Part shown: positions 1 to 11,680 of the stretch, one piece after another
Layout: each line of letters begins with the position of its first letter
Position numbering within the stretch: position 1 is the first letter of the stretch
NCBI RefSeq assembly: GCF_036365525.1
Contig: NC_090399.1
Location: 31,218,430 to 31,282,429, forward strand
Direction: 5' to 3'
Length of the DNA stretch: 64,000 nt
From: Heterodontus francisci
Taxonomy: Eukaryota
Notes under the pieces: generated by a model
The model's input: the letters and a program-made list of their open reading frames with translations, nothing else
Told to the model about the DNA's origin: nothing
The model's database searches: none
Program-made: the position numbers and the translations under genes

Positions 1-248
1 GGCATTTATCAGTAGGTGATAACCGAAATAGAGTTTAAGTTTAAGTTTTACTAAATTTCACTTTTCTTCTTTAAACCTAAGAAAACCTGTTTGTGCTCAT
101 TTCTTTCCTTATAATTGGAAAGAGGTGAACATGGATTCACCAAGGGGGAGCTCAAAACACGGTGCATTTAAAATTAAATCCTGTTAGAGTCAGACCAGGT
201 GAAGGCTGAAAGGAGACCCCTAGACCTCTTTCTCACCTAGTCATAACA
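1..248 (+). mobile_element. Probable LTR remnant (3' end ...tcataaca)
   Basis: Ends in the ...TAACA terminus typical of Gypsy/ERV LTRs; recognised by pattern only. Confidence 0.3.
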
Positions 249-818
249 GTATCGATGCATATCCTGTCCAGTTTCCTTTGCCACTGTTTTTCCTCAGGCG
301 TTTCAGTCAACATTTAGCACTGAAACTTTAAAATGACATCCTAGAGTTAAGCAGTTGCCTGTACCATGGAGTTGCCAACACTAGCTACTAAGTGAATTCG
401 ATTTCTATCATGTATAGACAAATATATTCATTTACTGACTGTGACAATGACACAGTCAACTCATTAACCTGCTTTCAGATTCTTAGAGGCATTATAAAAT
501 GACAATAATATGGTTAGCATTTCATATGAATAATTCTGGATTGATTTACTATCAAAATTATTGCTATTAATAATATTTTATATTTAAGCATTGTCAGATG
601 TTACAAGTGCATTACTTGAAGCAGTAGTGAATGATAGAAAATAAAAGGATCCTGGGCTGATTCTTTTAGCTGAGCTCTGATAAGCTAGCTGAATGGGCGC
701 TATAAATGACTTTAGCACCCTTTGACTAGATTGGTAAAAAATAAGCAATAGTAGCTTTCATTGCTACTGAATGCCTTTTGGAAAGTGCAACAACAAAGGT
801 ATTCGCTCTGATGTTCAT

Positions 819-909
819 TTATAGCTCGAGAAGCCGACGACGCTCCCTATCGAGGCTCACAGCTGAAGATTTAACACCGGTGCGCGCTTCAGATGAACAA
901 CTGGCAACT
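819..909 (-). CDS. Gene A candidate terminal coding exon (VASCSSEARTGVKSSAVSLDRERRRLLEL*)
   Basis: ttctag| acceptor; CpG-rich segment in AT-rich surroundings; open for 29 codons in phase 2. Requires the micro-exon model. Confidence 0.35.
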
Positions 910-1994
910 CTAGAACCATAACTCAACATCAAGGAGATGAAGAAAAATATTCAACAATATCGATTGTTCGGAATTTTGATTGGAACCACGATTGTAACCA
1001 AATTAAGCTGCAGTGCTTAACACCAGGATGAAATTTCAAATAGTTTGAAATTGAAAAGAAATGTAAGGGCATATTCTTACAGATTTGTTACAAGTGTGGG
1101 AAGAGTTTACTCGGACTGAATTCTAATCTGCTAGTGTAAGAATGATATCTATTTTCTTGATATCATAGAAATATTATCTTCTAACTTTTTTGTTAAGCAG
1201 AGAAAGAAAAAAAAACATTTTAAAAGTAGTGATCATTCAGCGTTAGAACTGAGATTGACCCTAAGACATTGGCTGCATTTAATACAAAGTAACCAACTTC
1301 ATAATGAGGAATCTTAATTATACACTGGCTTGTAAGTTTCGAGAAGCTGTATTGAATGACATGGATGCAAGGACATTAGTTATTCCTGAAGCAGAAAAAC
1401 ATCTGAGTAAATAGCATATATACAATTCGGGTTTGTATAGCATGAGAAGGAAATTTTAAAAAAAGGTTAGATATTTCCTTTGAGGAAATGGCAATTATAT
1501 TTAACAAGAACAAAATTAGCGATAAGATACTTAACGAGGAGAGGTGTGCCAACATAAATACAGCTTGTTGGTAAGGAAAACAGTTCATTAATTTAAGTTG
1601 TTGATAAGGTCGATTATAGTAGCTTGACATGGAGTTGTATTTTTGGGAGAGTCATAGTGGTAGGTGTGAGGGAATTATATAAAAGTGATAGTTTGTAATG
1701 AGCATTGGGATTTGAGAGGTTTTGAGCAGCCTAAAGAACGAAGCTCGAAACAGTATTGCACTTACATCATTAAGTGCAATTGTAAATACTATCTTCTCAG
1801 TGGATGTTTTAGTACTTTTGCATGGATTGCATGCTTATTACGTCTACACGTTTTAATTCAACGTCTCAAGAACAGATTTTATTTTTGGGTATATACTAAA
1901 AGATCTAATGATAAATATCATCAACATTCATCGAACAAGTATCACTTGTTTAAGAAGATAAGCACACGCCTGCTCATTTTGAGGTGTCATGTAC

Positions 1995-2035
1995 CTGATT
2001 TCCAACTCCGGACGAAGGTCCTTCATCACGTTTCT
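1995..2035 (-). CDS. Gene A candidate cytoplasmic exon (41 nt; RNVMKDLRPELEIR or EKRDEGPSSGVGNQ depending on phase)
   Basis: ttttctctctgacacattatacag| acceptor, CAG|gtacat donor. Ends in AATCAG, as does the 45088-45122 exon. Confidence 0.55.
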
Positions 2036-2289
2036 CTGTATAATGTGTCAGAGAGAAAATGTAACATGTTAGAAAGATCAGCGTCCAGAAATCGCCACTC
2101 AGCACTCCCAACCTCGCTCCCGTTATGATTCGAACTCAGCCAGTTTACTATCCAACTGTACTATCACAAAATATAAAGCACACCCATAATGTAGATATTA
2201 TTGTATTGATAAAAGGGATAGAGAAAATGCTGGAATCTATTGCAAAATATGTTATAGCAGTTCATTTAGAAGATCTCAATGCAACCAGG

Positions 2290-3540
2290 AAGAGCTAACC
2301 TGGTTTGTGCAAGGGAATTCGTGTTTAAATAAGTTATTAGAGTTCTTTGAGGGATTAACCAGCAACGTGGAGGAAGGGGAACATGTGGATGTGGTGTACT
2401 TGGATTTCCAGCAGACCTTTGACAAGGTACCACATTAAAGGCTGTTGCCCAAGGAAACAAAAATGAAACTGCTGAACACTGTGTCTCACACGTTCCGGCC
2501 CCTTCTCTCCCTTAAAAGTGCCTTGTTTTTTAACAGAGTCTTAAAGGCACACACAAACTATTAATCCGAGGAGAAAAAAATAACACTAGTCAATGACAGG
2601 ATGAAGGGACAGAATGTACAGTTGCTAATTTGCTGATGACACAAAGATAGGTAAGACAGTATATTGTGAAGAGGACATAAGGAGCCTTCCAGGGGATATC
2701 GATAGGTTAAGTGAGTGGGCAAAGATTTGGCAGATGGAGTATAATGTGGAAAAGCGTGAACTTGTCCACTTTGACCAGAAAATGGAACAGCAACATACTC
2801 TTTAAATGTAGAGAGATTGCAGAGATCTGATATGCAGAGGGATCTGGGTGTCCTCGTACATGAAGCATAACACGTTAGTATCCAGGTACAGCAAGTGATT
2901 AGGAAGAAAAATACAATGTTGTCATTTAATGCAAGGGGAATGGAATACAAAAGTAGAGATGTTTTTCTACATATGTACAGAGCATTGCTGAGACCACATC
3001 GAGAGTATCGTGTACAGTTTTGGTCTCCTTACTTAAGAACGGATATGATTGCATCAGAGAAGGTTCACTCGACTAATTCCTGGGATGAGATGGTTATCTT
3101 ATGAGGAAAGGTTGTACAGGTTGTGTCTGTATTCAGTGGAGTTTAGAAGGATGAGAGGTGATCCTATTGAAATGTATAAGATCTGAGGGGACCTGACAGG
3201 GTGAATATTGAGAGAATGTTTCTCCTTGTGAGGGAAACTAAAGCTGGAGGGCACAGTTTAAAAATAAGGGCTGTCCCATTTAAGACAGATGAGTTTTTTT
3301 TTCTCTCAGAGGATCCTGAGTCTGAGGAACTCTATTTCCCGGATAGCGGCAGAGGCAGGGTCATTGAATGTTTTGTTTTAAGGCAGAGGTAGACAGATTA
3401 TAGACAAACAAGGGAGTCAAAGAGATCGGTGATTGGAAGGAAAGTGGAGTTGAGTCCACATACAGATCAGTCATAATCTTGCAGAATGGCGGAGCAGGCT
3501 CGAGGGGCCGAATAACCTACTCCTGCTTCTTGTTAATATA
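2290..3540 (+). mobile_element. Degenerate CR1 LINE 3' fragment (in a gene A intron)
   Basis: RT C-terminal remnants (YRALLRPHREYRVQFWSPYLR) and CR1 3' UTR ending ggggccgaataacctactcctgct. Confidence 0.85.
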
Positions 3541-3657
3541 CTCGCATGCAAGATTTCGTTGAAAGGAAGCGCGTAAGTAGCTGATATATATATTATAAAA
3601 ATACATTATAAGAATTCGATTTTATTTTCGTGCTGACAAATAAATAGTAAAACTTAC

Positions 3658-3671
3658 GCCAATTTGGGAAG
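3658..3671 (-). CDS. Gene A possible 14-nt micro-exon (ASQIG)
   Basis: ctcccctcag| acceptor and |gtaagt donor. Phase 1 to 0 would link the 63-nt exon to the 41-nt exon in the frame that resembles gene C. Speculative. Confidence 0.3.
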
Positions 3672-4310
3672 CTGAGGGGAGCTCATTGGAACGCAGTAAT
3701 ATAAAGTATTAGCGAGGCGAAGTGAGATGCAAAACTGATGTGTGACCAATCGACCACAGGGGAAGCGTGTAACTGAAGTGCGACAAGTAGGTTAAGCTAG
3801 TTTCCATTGTAAATGAGTGGAATTAGAAGTTTAGAATTACAAAACGTTGACCCAAATTTGTGACAAAACGTGAAAACAGAATGTCAGATTTTTTAAAAGG
3901 AAAAGACATGCAGAGGTACGATGTTAATATTTGATGGATGATGTCATATGCCCACGTTTACAAAAAAAACTAGTGGCCCTGAAATGCTACAGTCCTGTCA
4001 ATGGTGGCACTGTAGCTCCTCATTACTGAATCTCCCAGTTCCTCAACCTGTATTGCATGAAAATATATTTTTTCAAAATGTTATGTCTGGTGCATTTATC
4101 TCCCCTTTCTAACCCCACTGCATCTGAAGAGTAAACTTGGTCTGAACTAGCCCTTTGTTGGTATTTATTATTCAGCAAGATAATGGGCAATTTCGTCTGA
4201 TTGCAGTGAAATTACAAAGAAAGGCACGTTTCTCTTTTCACAATAAATAGGGAACAGTCAAACTCACAATGAAAGGGTGAATGCAATTTTTTCTTCTCTG
4301 CTAGAATTAC

Positions 4311-4373
4311 CTTTGGAATCGTGGAGACTTCCGGTCTTTGTACAAAACATCTTCAGTGATTTCACGTTCCTAT
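4311..4373 (-). CDS. Gene A candidate cytoplasmic exon (DRNVKSLKMFCTKTGSLHDSK)
   Basis: 63-nt phase 1-1 exon with polypyrimidine tract + tttag| and donor AAG|gtaatt; open in the frame set by the TM exon. Confidence 0.6.
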
Positions 4374-4607
4374 CTAAATAATTGGGGGAAATTGAGAGGA
4401 TTAAACGTTGTCATCAATTTCAAAACGAAAACACATACCAACACATGGAAACAGATTTGTTTAATTTCACAATTTGTGATTGCTGAACGTCCATTTGGGG
4501 AAAGTAGAGGATTCAAAAATGTTAGCATAAAGTTGGAGTACTATTTTATAAAAATACAATTGATATGATTACCACAGTTTGAGATAGTATACAAAAACGA
4601 TAAATAC

Positions 4608-4745
4608 CTTTAGTTTTGTTTCTGTAGGAAATGACAGTGGTTATCGCTGAGAATAGCGTCAGCAGAAATAAAGTTGCTATTATAAACAGGGTTGTCTGCA
4701 CATCCATGGAACTACGCGGCTGTTGCGATTGATTTCTCGCTCTCA
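4608..4745 (-). CDS. Gene A exon 3: stalk + uncharged transmembrane helix (VRARNQSQQPRSSMDVQTTLFIIATLFLLTLFSAITTVISYRNKTK)
   Basis: Acceptor ttttcttatcgtag|, donor AAG|gtattt, phase 1-1, in frame with the V exon. About 22 hydrophobic residues followed by basic stop-transfer RNKTK. Confidence 0.82.
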
Positions 4746-5152
4746 CTACGATAAGAAAACAAAGGTTACTTTCTTCTTTCTTAACGCTTGCCTCCTCCCC
4801 CACCATAACTACGTGCTTTAAGTAACACTTTAACCCTTCAAAAGTTAGATGCAAAAATGCTGCATTTGATGAGAGATAATTTGACCCTGACCCATCTGTC
4901 TAGGAACTGGCTTGATCTGGTGAACGCTGGTATTATAACTCGCCGCATTTTACTCGCTGTTAAATTCCATGAAGAATAATACTGATGTGGTGTAAACCGG
5001 AGTTCTATCCTATCCCGTGCATTTCCAGCCCGGCAAGTTATTTTAAATTACACCCGATATTCGTAAATTTAATTTTACTTCAACAGTGAAGTGCTCCCTT
5101 TAATCTATTTTTTAAACAAACTCATAAAACCAACAGCAGGTAACATGCTCAC

Positions 5153-5491
5153 CTGTCACAACAAGTGTTGTTCCTTGCCCATAATATTCACCAGGGGTTA
5201 TAAATTCCACCTTGCAATAATAAGTTCCCGAATCGCGCACTGTCACGTTTGTTAATTGAATCGAAGCCCCAGTCTTTCCGTCGATTTGTTCCCTATTTGG
5301 TCCAATGACTCGGCCTTTGTATTCTGGTGTACTGTTGGAAAGTTCAATTCCACCTCTACTGTTCTTGTACCACTTGCAGGCACCTACTCCCCTAAGTCTC
5401 TCGTACATACAGTACAGAACCGCTATCTTCCCCTCGGTTATATTAATGGATGCCGGGCTTTGAACAACCACAACGTTCTTTGCATTCACTG
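5153..5491 (-). CDS. Gene A exon 2: VJ-type Ig V domain, NKp30/NCR3 family
   Basis: Acceptor cttttacag| and donor G|gtgagc, phase 1-1, 339 nt. B-strand Cys (VLYC), C-strand Trp (KWYK), DSGTYYC and J-like YGQGTTLVV. GIELSNSTPEYKGRV resembles human NKp30 GKEVRNGTPEFRGRL (recalled, not searched). Confidence 0.92.
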
Positions 5492-6752
5492 CTGTAAAAG
5501 AGCATGCAATGTTTCACACTGAAGCCAGAAACTTACGCTGTGCTTAGACGTGTTTGAAATTCCGCTCCTAAAATAAGCATCGCTCACGGAGCGATGCTGA
5601 TGTGCGCTTGTCTCAAGTGCGGTCTTCGATTACGGACATTCATCGACGAAAATAAAGTGATTAACTCTTTCACTATAATAGTGGGCCAATAAGTATCATA
5701 CACAACTTCAGTTTTTTCAAGTATAAGCATAACATTTTTGTTACTTTGATGAAGATTAGGGAGGACATTCATGAAAATGAGCTGATTTATATTTGTAAAC
5801 ATTTGTACCCATCAAATTGCAGTAAAGGTTAAATAGTGCCTTTAAAAGATACATTATATGCGAGTTAATCCTTCCATAGCAATATAGAGCACACAGTGTT
5901 ACATATTACATTTCAAATTGTTATATATTTGAAATTATAGCCAGAAATATGCAGCTTAAAAGCGCACAGAAGAAGTACAGGCGATATAAAAAAATCTTCA
6001 AAATGCACCGCTGTTGTACATAACGTTCTCATGAGCACAATGTCAAGTGCATGCCATTAACAGAAAGAAAGCAATGTGCAGGACTCCAAGATCTAATTGC
6101 AGTCCAATCGCTCAATCGTACAGATAAAGACGTTCTTTAAATGTATTAAATTTCGCTCATCGATTTGATTGTTGTTTTGTTTTTTCAAAGCAATTATGGA
6201 ACTTGCTTCTAAATTTATCTATACTGTGGATAATTTTAGCTTTTCGCTAAGTGTAAAACCGGCGATATCGGATCTGCCGCCAATTATACACCTCCCCTTT
6301 TTTCCTGCTTGAAATGGAAGGAAGATCGGGCGGAGTGCATAATATATCCCCTGTTTGTATTATTGCCAACAGTACATCTTTCTCACTAGGTTCGTGTTCA
6401 ATCTGCTCCAAAATTGTATTAAATAAACATAGCATAATCACGGGCGTACTTGTTTGCTATTTTTCTGAGAAATCGCATGACATAATATTGCATTTAGTAT
6501 TTAAAGTAGATACTGTATTGGTGTAAATCAATTAGTTACGTCGGTCTATCACTGCGGCATTGAGATCACAAGATCCCAATATCAAGTTGCCATCTTTGCA
6601 GAAATAGGTGTCGCCAGTGAAGGACAATTCGTCTCGGAAACCATGGAATAAAGAGGGGAAATCGCTCTTTTATCAGTCCCGATTATTAAGAAAAACAAGA
6701 AATGCTGGAACCACTCAGCAGGTCTGGCAGCATCTGTGGAAAGAGAAGCAGA

Positions 6753-6787
6753 GTTAACGTTTCGGGTCAGTGACCCTTCTTCGGAAC
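6753..6787 (-). ncRNA. Hammerhead-like motif with variant core (CCGAAGA) in the Penelope terminal repeat
   Basis: GTT-CCGAAGA-aGGGTCactGACCC-GAAA-CG-TT-AAC: stems I and II intact, palindromic AACGTT stem III, U4 replaced by C. Confidence 0.5.
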
Positions 6788-7436
6788 AGACAAATATTAA
6801 AAATGTCACAGGTTATAAGCAAGTGAGGTGGGGTGGGGCACGAGATAACAAAGGAGAAGGTGTAGATTGGACAAGGTCACATAGCTGACCAAAAAGTCAT
6901 GGAGCAAAGGCAAAAAATATGTTAACGTTGTGTTGAAAGACAAAGTATTAGTACAGAATAGGTGTCAACGGATTGCATATTGAACAGCAGCAAGTGCAAA
7001 CATGAAAACAAACAGTGGGTAAGCAAACTGAACAAACTAAGATGAAATGAAATAAATGCAAAATAAAGATTGCAAAACATGTAAAAAAGAAAAAAAGAAG
7101 AAAAAAAGAAAAAACAACTAAAATGAAAGTAAAATGGGGGGCTGTCATGCTCTGAAATTATTGAACTCAATGTTCAGTCCGGCAGGCTGTAGTGTGCCTA
7201 ATCGGTAGATGAGATGCTGTTCCTCTAGCTTGCGTTGATGTTCACTGGAACACTGCAGCAATCCCAGGACAGAGATGTGAGCATGAGAGCAGGGGGGAGT
7301 GTTGAAATGGCAAGCAACCGGAAGCTCAGGGTCCTGCTTGCGGACCGAGTGGAGGTGTTCCGCAAAACGGTCACCCAGTCTGCGCTTGGTCTCCCCAATG
7401 TAGAGGAGACCACATTGTGAGCAGCGAATACAGTAT

Positions 7437-10309
7437 TCTTTCTTTTTTTGGGCCTCCTTATCTCGAGAGACAATGGATACGCGCCTGGAGGTGGTCAGTG
7501 GTTTGTGAAGCAGCGCCTGAAGTGGCTATAAAGGCCAATTCTGGAGTGACAGGCTCTTCCACAGGTGCTGCAGAGAAATTTGTTTGTCGGGGCTGTTGCA
7601 CAGTTGGCTCTCCCCTTGCGCCTCTGTCTTTTTTCCTGCCAACTACTAAGTCTCTTCGACTCGCCACAATTTAGCCCTGTCTTTATGGCTGCCCGCCAGC
7701 TCTGGCGAATGCTGGCAACTGACTCCCACGACTTGTGATCAATGTCACAGGATTTCATGTCGCGTTTGCAGACGTCTTTATAGCGGAGACATGGACGGCC
7801 GGTGGGTCTGATAGCAGTGGCGAGCTCGCTGTACAATGTGTCTTTGGGGATCCTGCCATCTTCCATGCGGCTCACATGGCCAAGCCATCTCAAGCGCCGC
7901 TGACTCAGTAGTGTGTATAAGCTGCGGGTGTTGGCCGCTTCAAGGACTTCTGTGTTGGAGATATAGTCCTGCCACCTGATGCCAAGTATTCTCCGAAGGC
8001 AGCGAAGATGGAATGAATTGAGACGTCGCTCTTGGCTGGCATACGTTGTCCAGGCCTCGCTGCCGCAGAGCAAGGTACTGAGGACACAGGCCTGATACAC
8101 TCGGCCTTTTGTGTTCCGTGTCAGTGCGCCATTTTACCACACTCTCTTGGACAGTCTGGACATAGCAGTGGAAGCCTTACCCATGCGCTTGTTGATTTCT
8201 GCATCTAGAGACAGGTTACTGGTGATAGTTGAGCCTAGGTAGGTGAACTCTTGAACCACTTCCGGAGCGTGGTCGCCAATATTGATGGATGGAGCATTTC
8301 TGACGTCCTGCCCCATGATGTTCGTTTTCTTGAGGCTGATGGTTAGGCCAAATTCATTGCAGGCAGCCGCAAACCTGTCGATGAGACTCTGCAGGCACTC
8401 TTCAGTGTGAGATGTTAAAGCAGCATCGTCAGCAAAGAGGAGTTCTCTGATGAGGACTTTCCGTACATTGGACTTCGCTCTTAGACGGGCAAGGTTGAAC
8501 AACCTGCCCCCTGATCTTGTGTGAAGGAAAATTCCTTCTTCAGAGGATTTGAACGCATGTGAAAGCAGCAGGGAGAAGAAAATCCAAAAAAGTGTGGGTG
8601 CGAGAACACAGCCCTGTTTCACACCACTCAGGATAGGAAAGGGCTCTGATGAGGAGCCACCATGTTGAATTGTGCCTTTCATATTGTCACGGAATGAGGT
8701 GATGATACTTAGTAGCTTTGGTGGACATCCGATCTTTTCTAGTCGTCTGAAGAGACCACGTCTGCTGACGAGGTCAAAGGCTTTGGTGAGATCAATGAAA
8801 GCAATGTAGAGGGGCATCTGTTGTTCCCGGCATTTCTCCTGTATCTGACGAAGGGAGAACAGCATGTCAATGGTCGATCTCTCTGCACGAAAGCCACACT
8901 GTGCCTCAGGGTAGACGCGCTCGGCCAGCTTCTGGAGCCTGTTCAGAGCGACTCGAGCAAAGACTTTCCCCACTATGCTGAGCAGGGAGATTCCACGGTA
9001 GCTGTTGCAGTCACCACGGTCACCTTTGTTTTTATAGAGGGTGATGATATTGGCATCACGCATGTCCTGGGGTACTGCTCCCTCGTCCTAGCACAGGCAT
9101 AGCAGTTCATGTAGTGCTGAGAGTATAGCAGGCTTGGCACTCTTGATTATTTCAGGGGTAATACTGTCCTTCCCAGGGGCTTTTCCGCTGGCTAGAGAAT
9201 CAATGGCATCACTGAGTTCCGATTTGGTTGGCTGTATGTCCAGCTCATCCATGACTGGTAGAGGCTGGGCTGCATTGAGGGCAGTCTCAGTGACAGCATT
9301 CTCCCTGGAGTACAGTTCTAGGTAGTGCTCAACCCAGCGGTCCATCTGTTTGCGTTGGTCAGTGATTATGTCCCCCAATTTAGATTTGAGGGGGGCGATC
9401 TTCTTGATGGTTGGCCCAAGAGCTCTCTTCATGCCATCATACATTCCTCTGATGTTTCCGGTGTCTGAGGCCAGCTGAATATGACTGCATAGGTGTTGCC
9501 AGTAGTCATTTGCGCAACACCTAGCTATTCTTTGTGCAGTACTTCTGGCTGCTTTAAGTGCTGCGGATGTTAAATCGCTGGGGGCTTTCTTGTAGTTCAA
9601 CAGTGCAATGCGCTTAGCGGCTATGACAGGTTCCAGCTCTTCATTATGAGATTGAAACCAGTCTGCATTTCTCTTTGCACTTTTGCCGTAGGTGGTCAAA
9701 GCTGACTCATAGATGGCGTCTCTGATGAGGGCCCACTTGGTCTCAGCATCCCCTGTGGGAGTGTTTTGAAGGGCTGTTACAAGTGAATTTAGAAATTTTT
9801 GTAACAGCTGTGGGTGAGAAATTCTGCTCGTGTTGATGCGCGGGTGGCCCTTCTGCTTGGAATGATGCAACTTCTTTGGTCTGAGTCTAACCTTGCTGCA
9901 CACAAGGGAGTGGTCGGTGTCGCAGTCCACACTGTGGAAGCTGCGTGTGATTTGAACACTGTTTAAGGCGGCTCGCCTTGTGACAATGAGGTCTAGCTGG
10001 TGCCAACGACGCGATCTTGGGTGCCTCCATGAAACCTGGTGACAGGGTTTAGTGTGAAAGAACGAGTTGGTGATGCAGAGGTTATGATAGGTACACAACT
10101 CAAGCAGACTCTGCCCGTTCTCATTCATCCTTCCAACGGCATAGCGCCCAAGGCAGGAGGGCCATGAGTCATGGTCGGCCCCAACCCTGGCATTAATGTC
10201 CCCCAGCAGGAATAGGTGTTCGGTGTTGGGGATGCTGCTAATGATGTTATGGAGTTGTTCATAGAACTGGTCTTTAGCTTCAGGTGGGAATCAGAGTGTT
10301 GGAGCATAG
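7437..10309 (-). mobile_element. RTE (BovB-like) LINE, 5'-truncated, young; APE-RT-C2H2 zinc finger
   Basis: ORFs 9088-10128, 8134-9063 and 7495-8100 share one frame, broken only by point stops. Motifs LLGDINARVG, TDHSLV, GVKQGCVLAP, LLFADD and CSTCGRACHSRIGLYSH. A-rich/AAAG tail; AGTAT duplicated at 7432-7436 and 10308-10312. Confidence 0.95.
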
Positions 10310-11482
10310 TATACTACATTGAAAGAAGTACAAGTAAATCTCTTCTTCAACTGAAAGGAGTGTTTCGGGCCTGGGAGAGTGAGGAGAGAGGAGTTAAATG
10401 GGCAGGTATTACACCTCCTGCGATTGCAGGGGAAGGTGCCATGGGATGGGGATGAGGTGGTGGGGGTAATGGAGGAGTGGACCAGGGTGTCACGGAGGAA
10501 ACGATCCCTTCAGAATGCTGACAGGGGAAGGGAGGGGAAGATGCGTTTGGCATCACGCTGGAGGTGGCGGAAATGGCGGAGGATGATCCTTTGGATATGG
10601 AGGCTGATGCGGTGGAAAGTGCAGACAAGGGGAACCCTGTCACGTTTCTGGGAGGGAGGGAAAGGGTAAAGGTACGGGAAATGTGCCGGACACGGTTGAG
10701 GGCCCTGTCTACAACAGTGGGGGGGGGAATCCTCGGTTGAGGAAAAAGGAGGTCATACCAGAAGCACCGTCATGGAAAGTAGCATCATCAGAGTAGATGC
10801 GTCGAAGATGGAGAAATTGGGAGAATGGAATGGAGTCCTTACAGAAGGTAGGGTGTGAAGAAGTGTAGTCGTGGTAGCTGTAGGAGTCGGTGGGCTTATA
10901 ATGGATATTAGTAGACAACCTAACCCCAGAGATAGAGACAGAGAAGTCGAGGAAGGGAAGGGAAGTGTCAGAGATGGACCATGTAAAGGTGAGAGAAGGG
11001 TGGAAATTGGAAGCAAAGTTGATAAAGTTTTCCAGTTCGGGGCAGGAGCAGGAAACGGCACCGAAACAGTTATCAATGTACCGGAAAAAGAGTTGGGGAG
11101 GGGGCCTGAGTCGGACTGGAACAAAGAATGCTCGACATATCTCACAAAAGACAGGCATAACTAGGTTATAACCGATTATTAATGGTAGGCTGTGCACTTG
11201 TGTGGACCTCTAGTGAAGACGAATCGAGCTGGGCTATGAACATCTGGAGTGGGTACTCACTGCGCTGTAAGAAAATGATGGGCACTTGGATAACAATGGT
11301 ACATCCACATCTAATGGCAGGATAGAACAGAACTGAAGGGGTAAAATTACACCCTCTAGTAACTAACTGAACTGAAATGAAATGTTATATGTCAAGTTGA
11401 TAGCATGTGTAAGTGAAATAGAATTCATGGGTTACCATGTGTTTCGCTTTATATCAACAAGTAAATTAATGAAACTACTTAC

Positions 11483-11525
11483 CAAAGACAAGAGTCACAA
11501 TCCAGAGTCTGAGACTGGAAACCAT
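11483..11525 (-). CDS. Gene A (NKp30/NCR3-like receptor) exon 1: signal peptide MVSSLRLWIVTLVF
   Basis: ATG at 11525 in context aggATGG; 14 mostly hydrophobic codons + 1 nt, then strong donor G|gtaagt. Phase 1 joins the V exon to give ...LVF-AVNAKNVVVVQSP. Confidence 0.8.
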
Positions 11526-11599
11526 CCTTTCCGTCGATAATTTTACTTCTAAATAATTCGCGGGACTAATGGCAGAAGGTTAAAATTCATTTCTTTATA

Positions 11600-11680
11600 A
11601 TGATGGAGCCGACAGGAAATGACGCAATGGAAAACAGCAGGCGATATTTTTTCTGTATTGGCAGAAACTTCGGACGTGGT
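11600..11680. promoter_or_regulatory. Putative promoter of gene A: ETS + CRE/CEBP-like + NFAT motif cluster
   Basis: ACAGGAAATGACGCAATGGAAAA at 11612-11634, about 90-110 bp upstream of the gene A ATG, plus ATTGG (CCAAT on minus strand) near 11657. Motif-level evidence only. Confidence 0.4.

Larger units (their letters stand above)
6688..11165 (-). mobile_element. Penelope-like retroelement (RT + GIY-YIG endonuclease), split by an RTE insertion; lies in gene A intron 1
   Basis: RT motif LFFRYIDNCFG and YKPTDS (ORF 10709-11197). GIY-YIG domain YCIRCSQCGLLYIGETKRRL...FAEH...LNIEF at about 7150-7436. Terminal repeat with hammerhead-like motif at about 6750-6790. Confidence 0.88.

Noticed and set aside
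6922-7170. Phe/Leu-rich TM-like ORFs
   Set aside because: Translation of the A-rich Penelope untranslated region.
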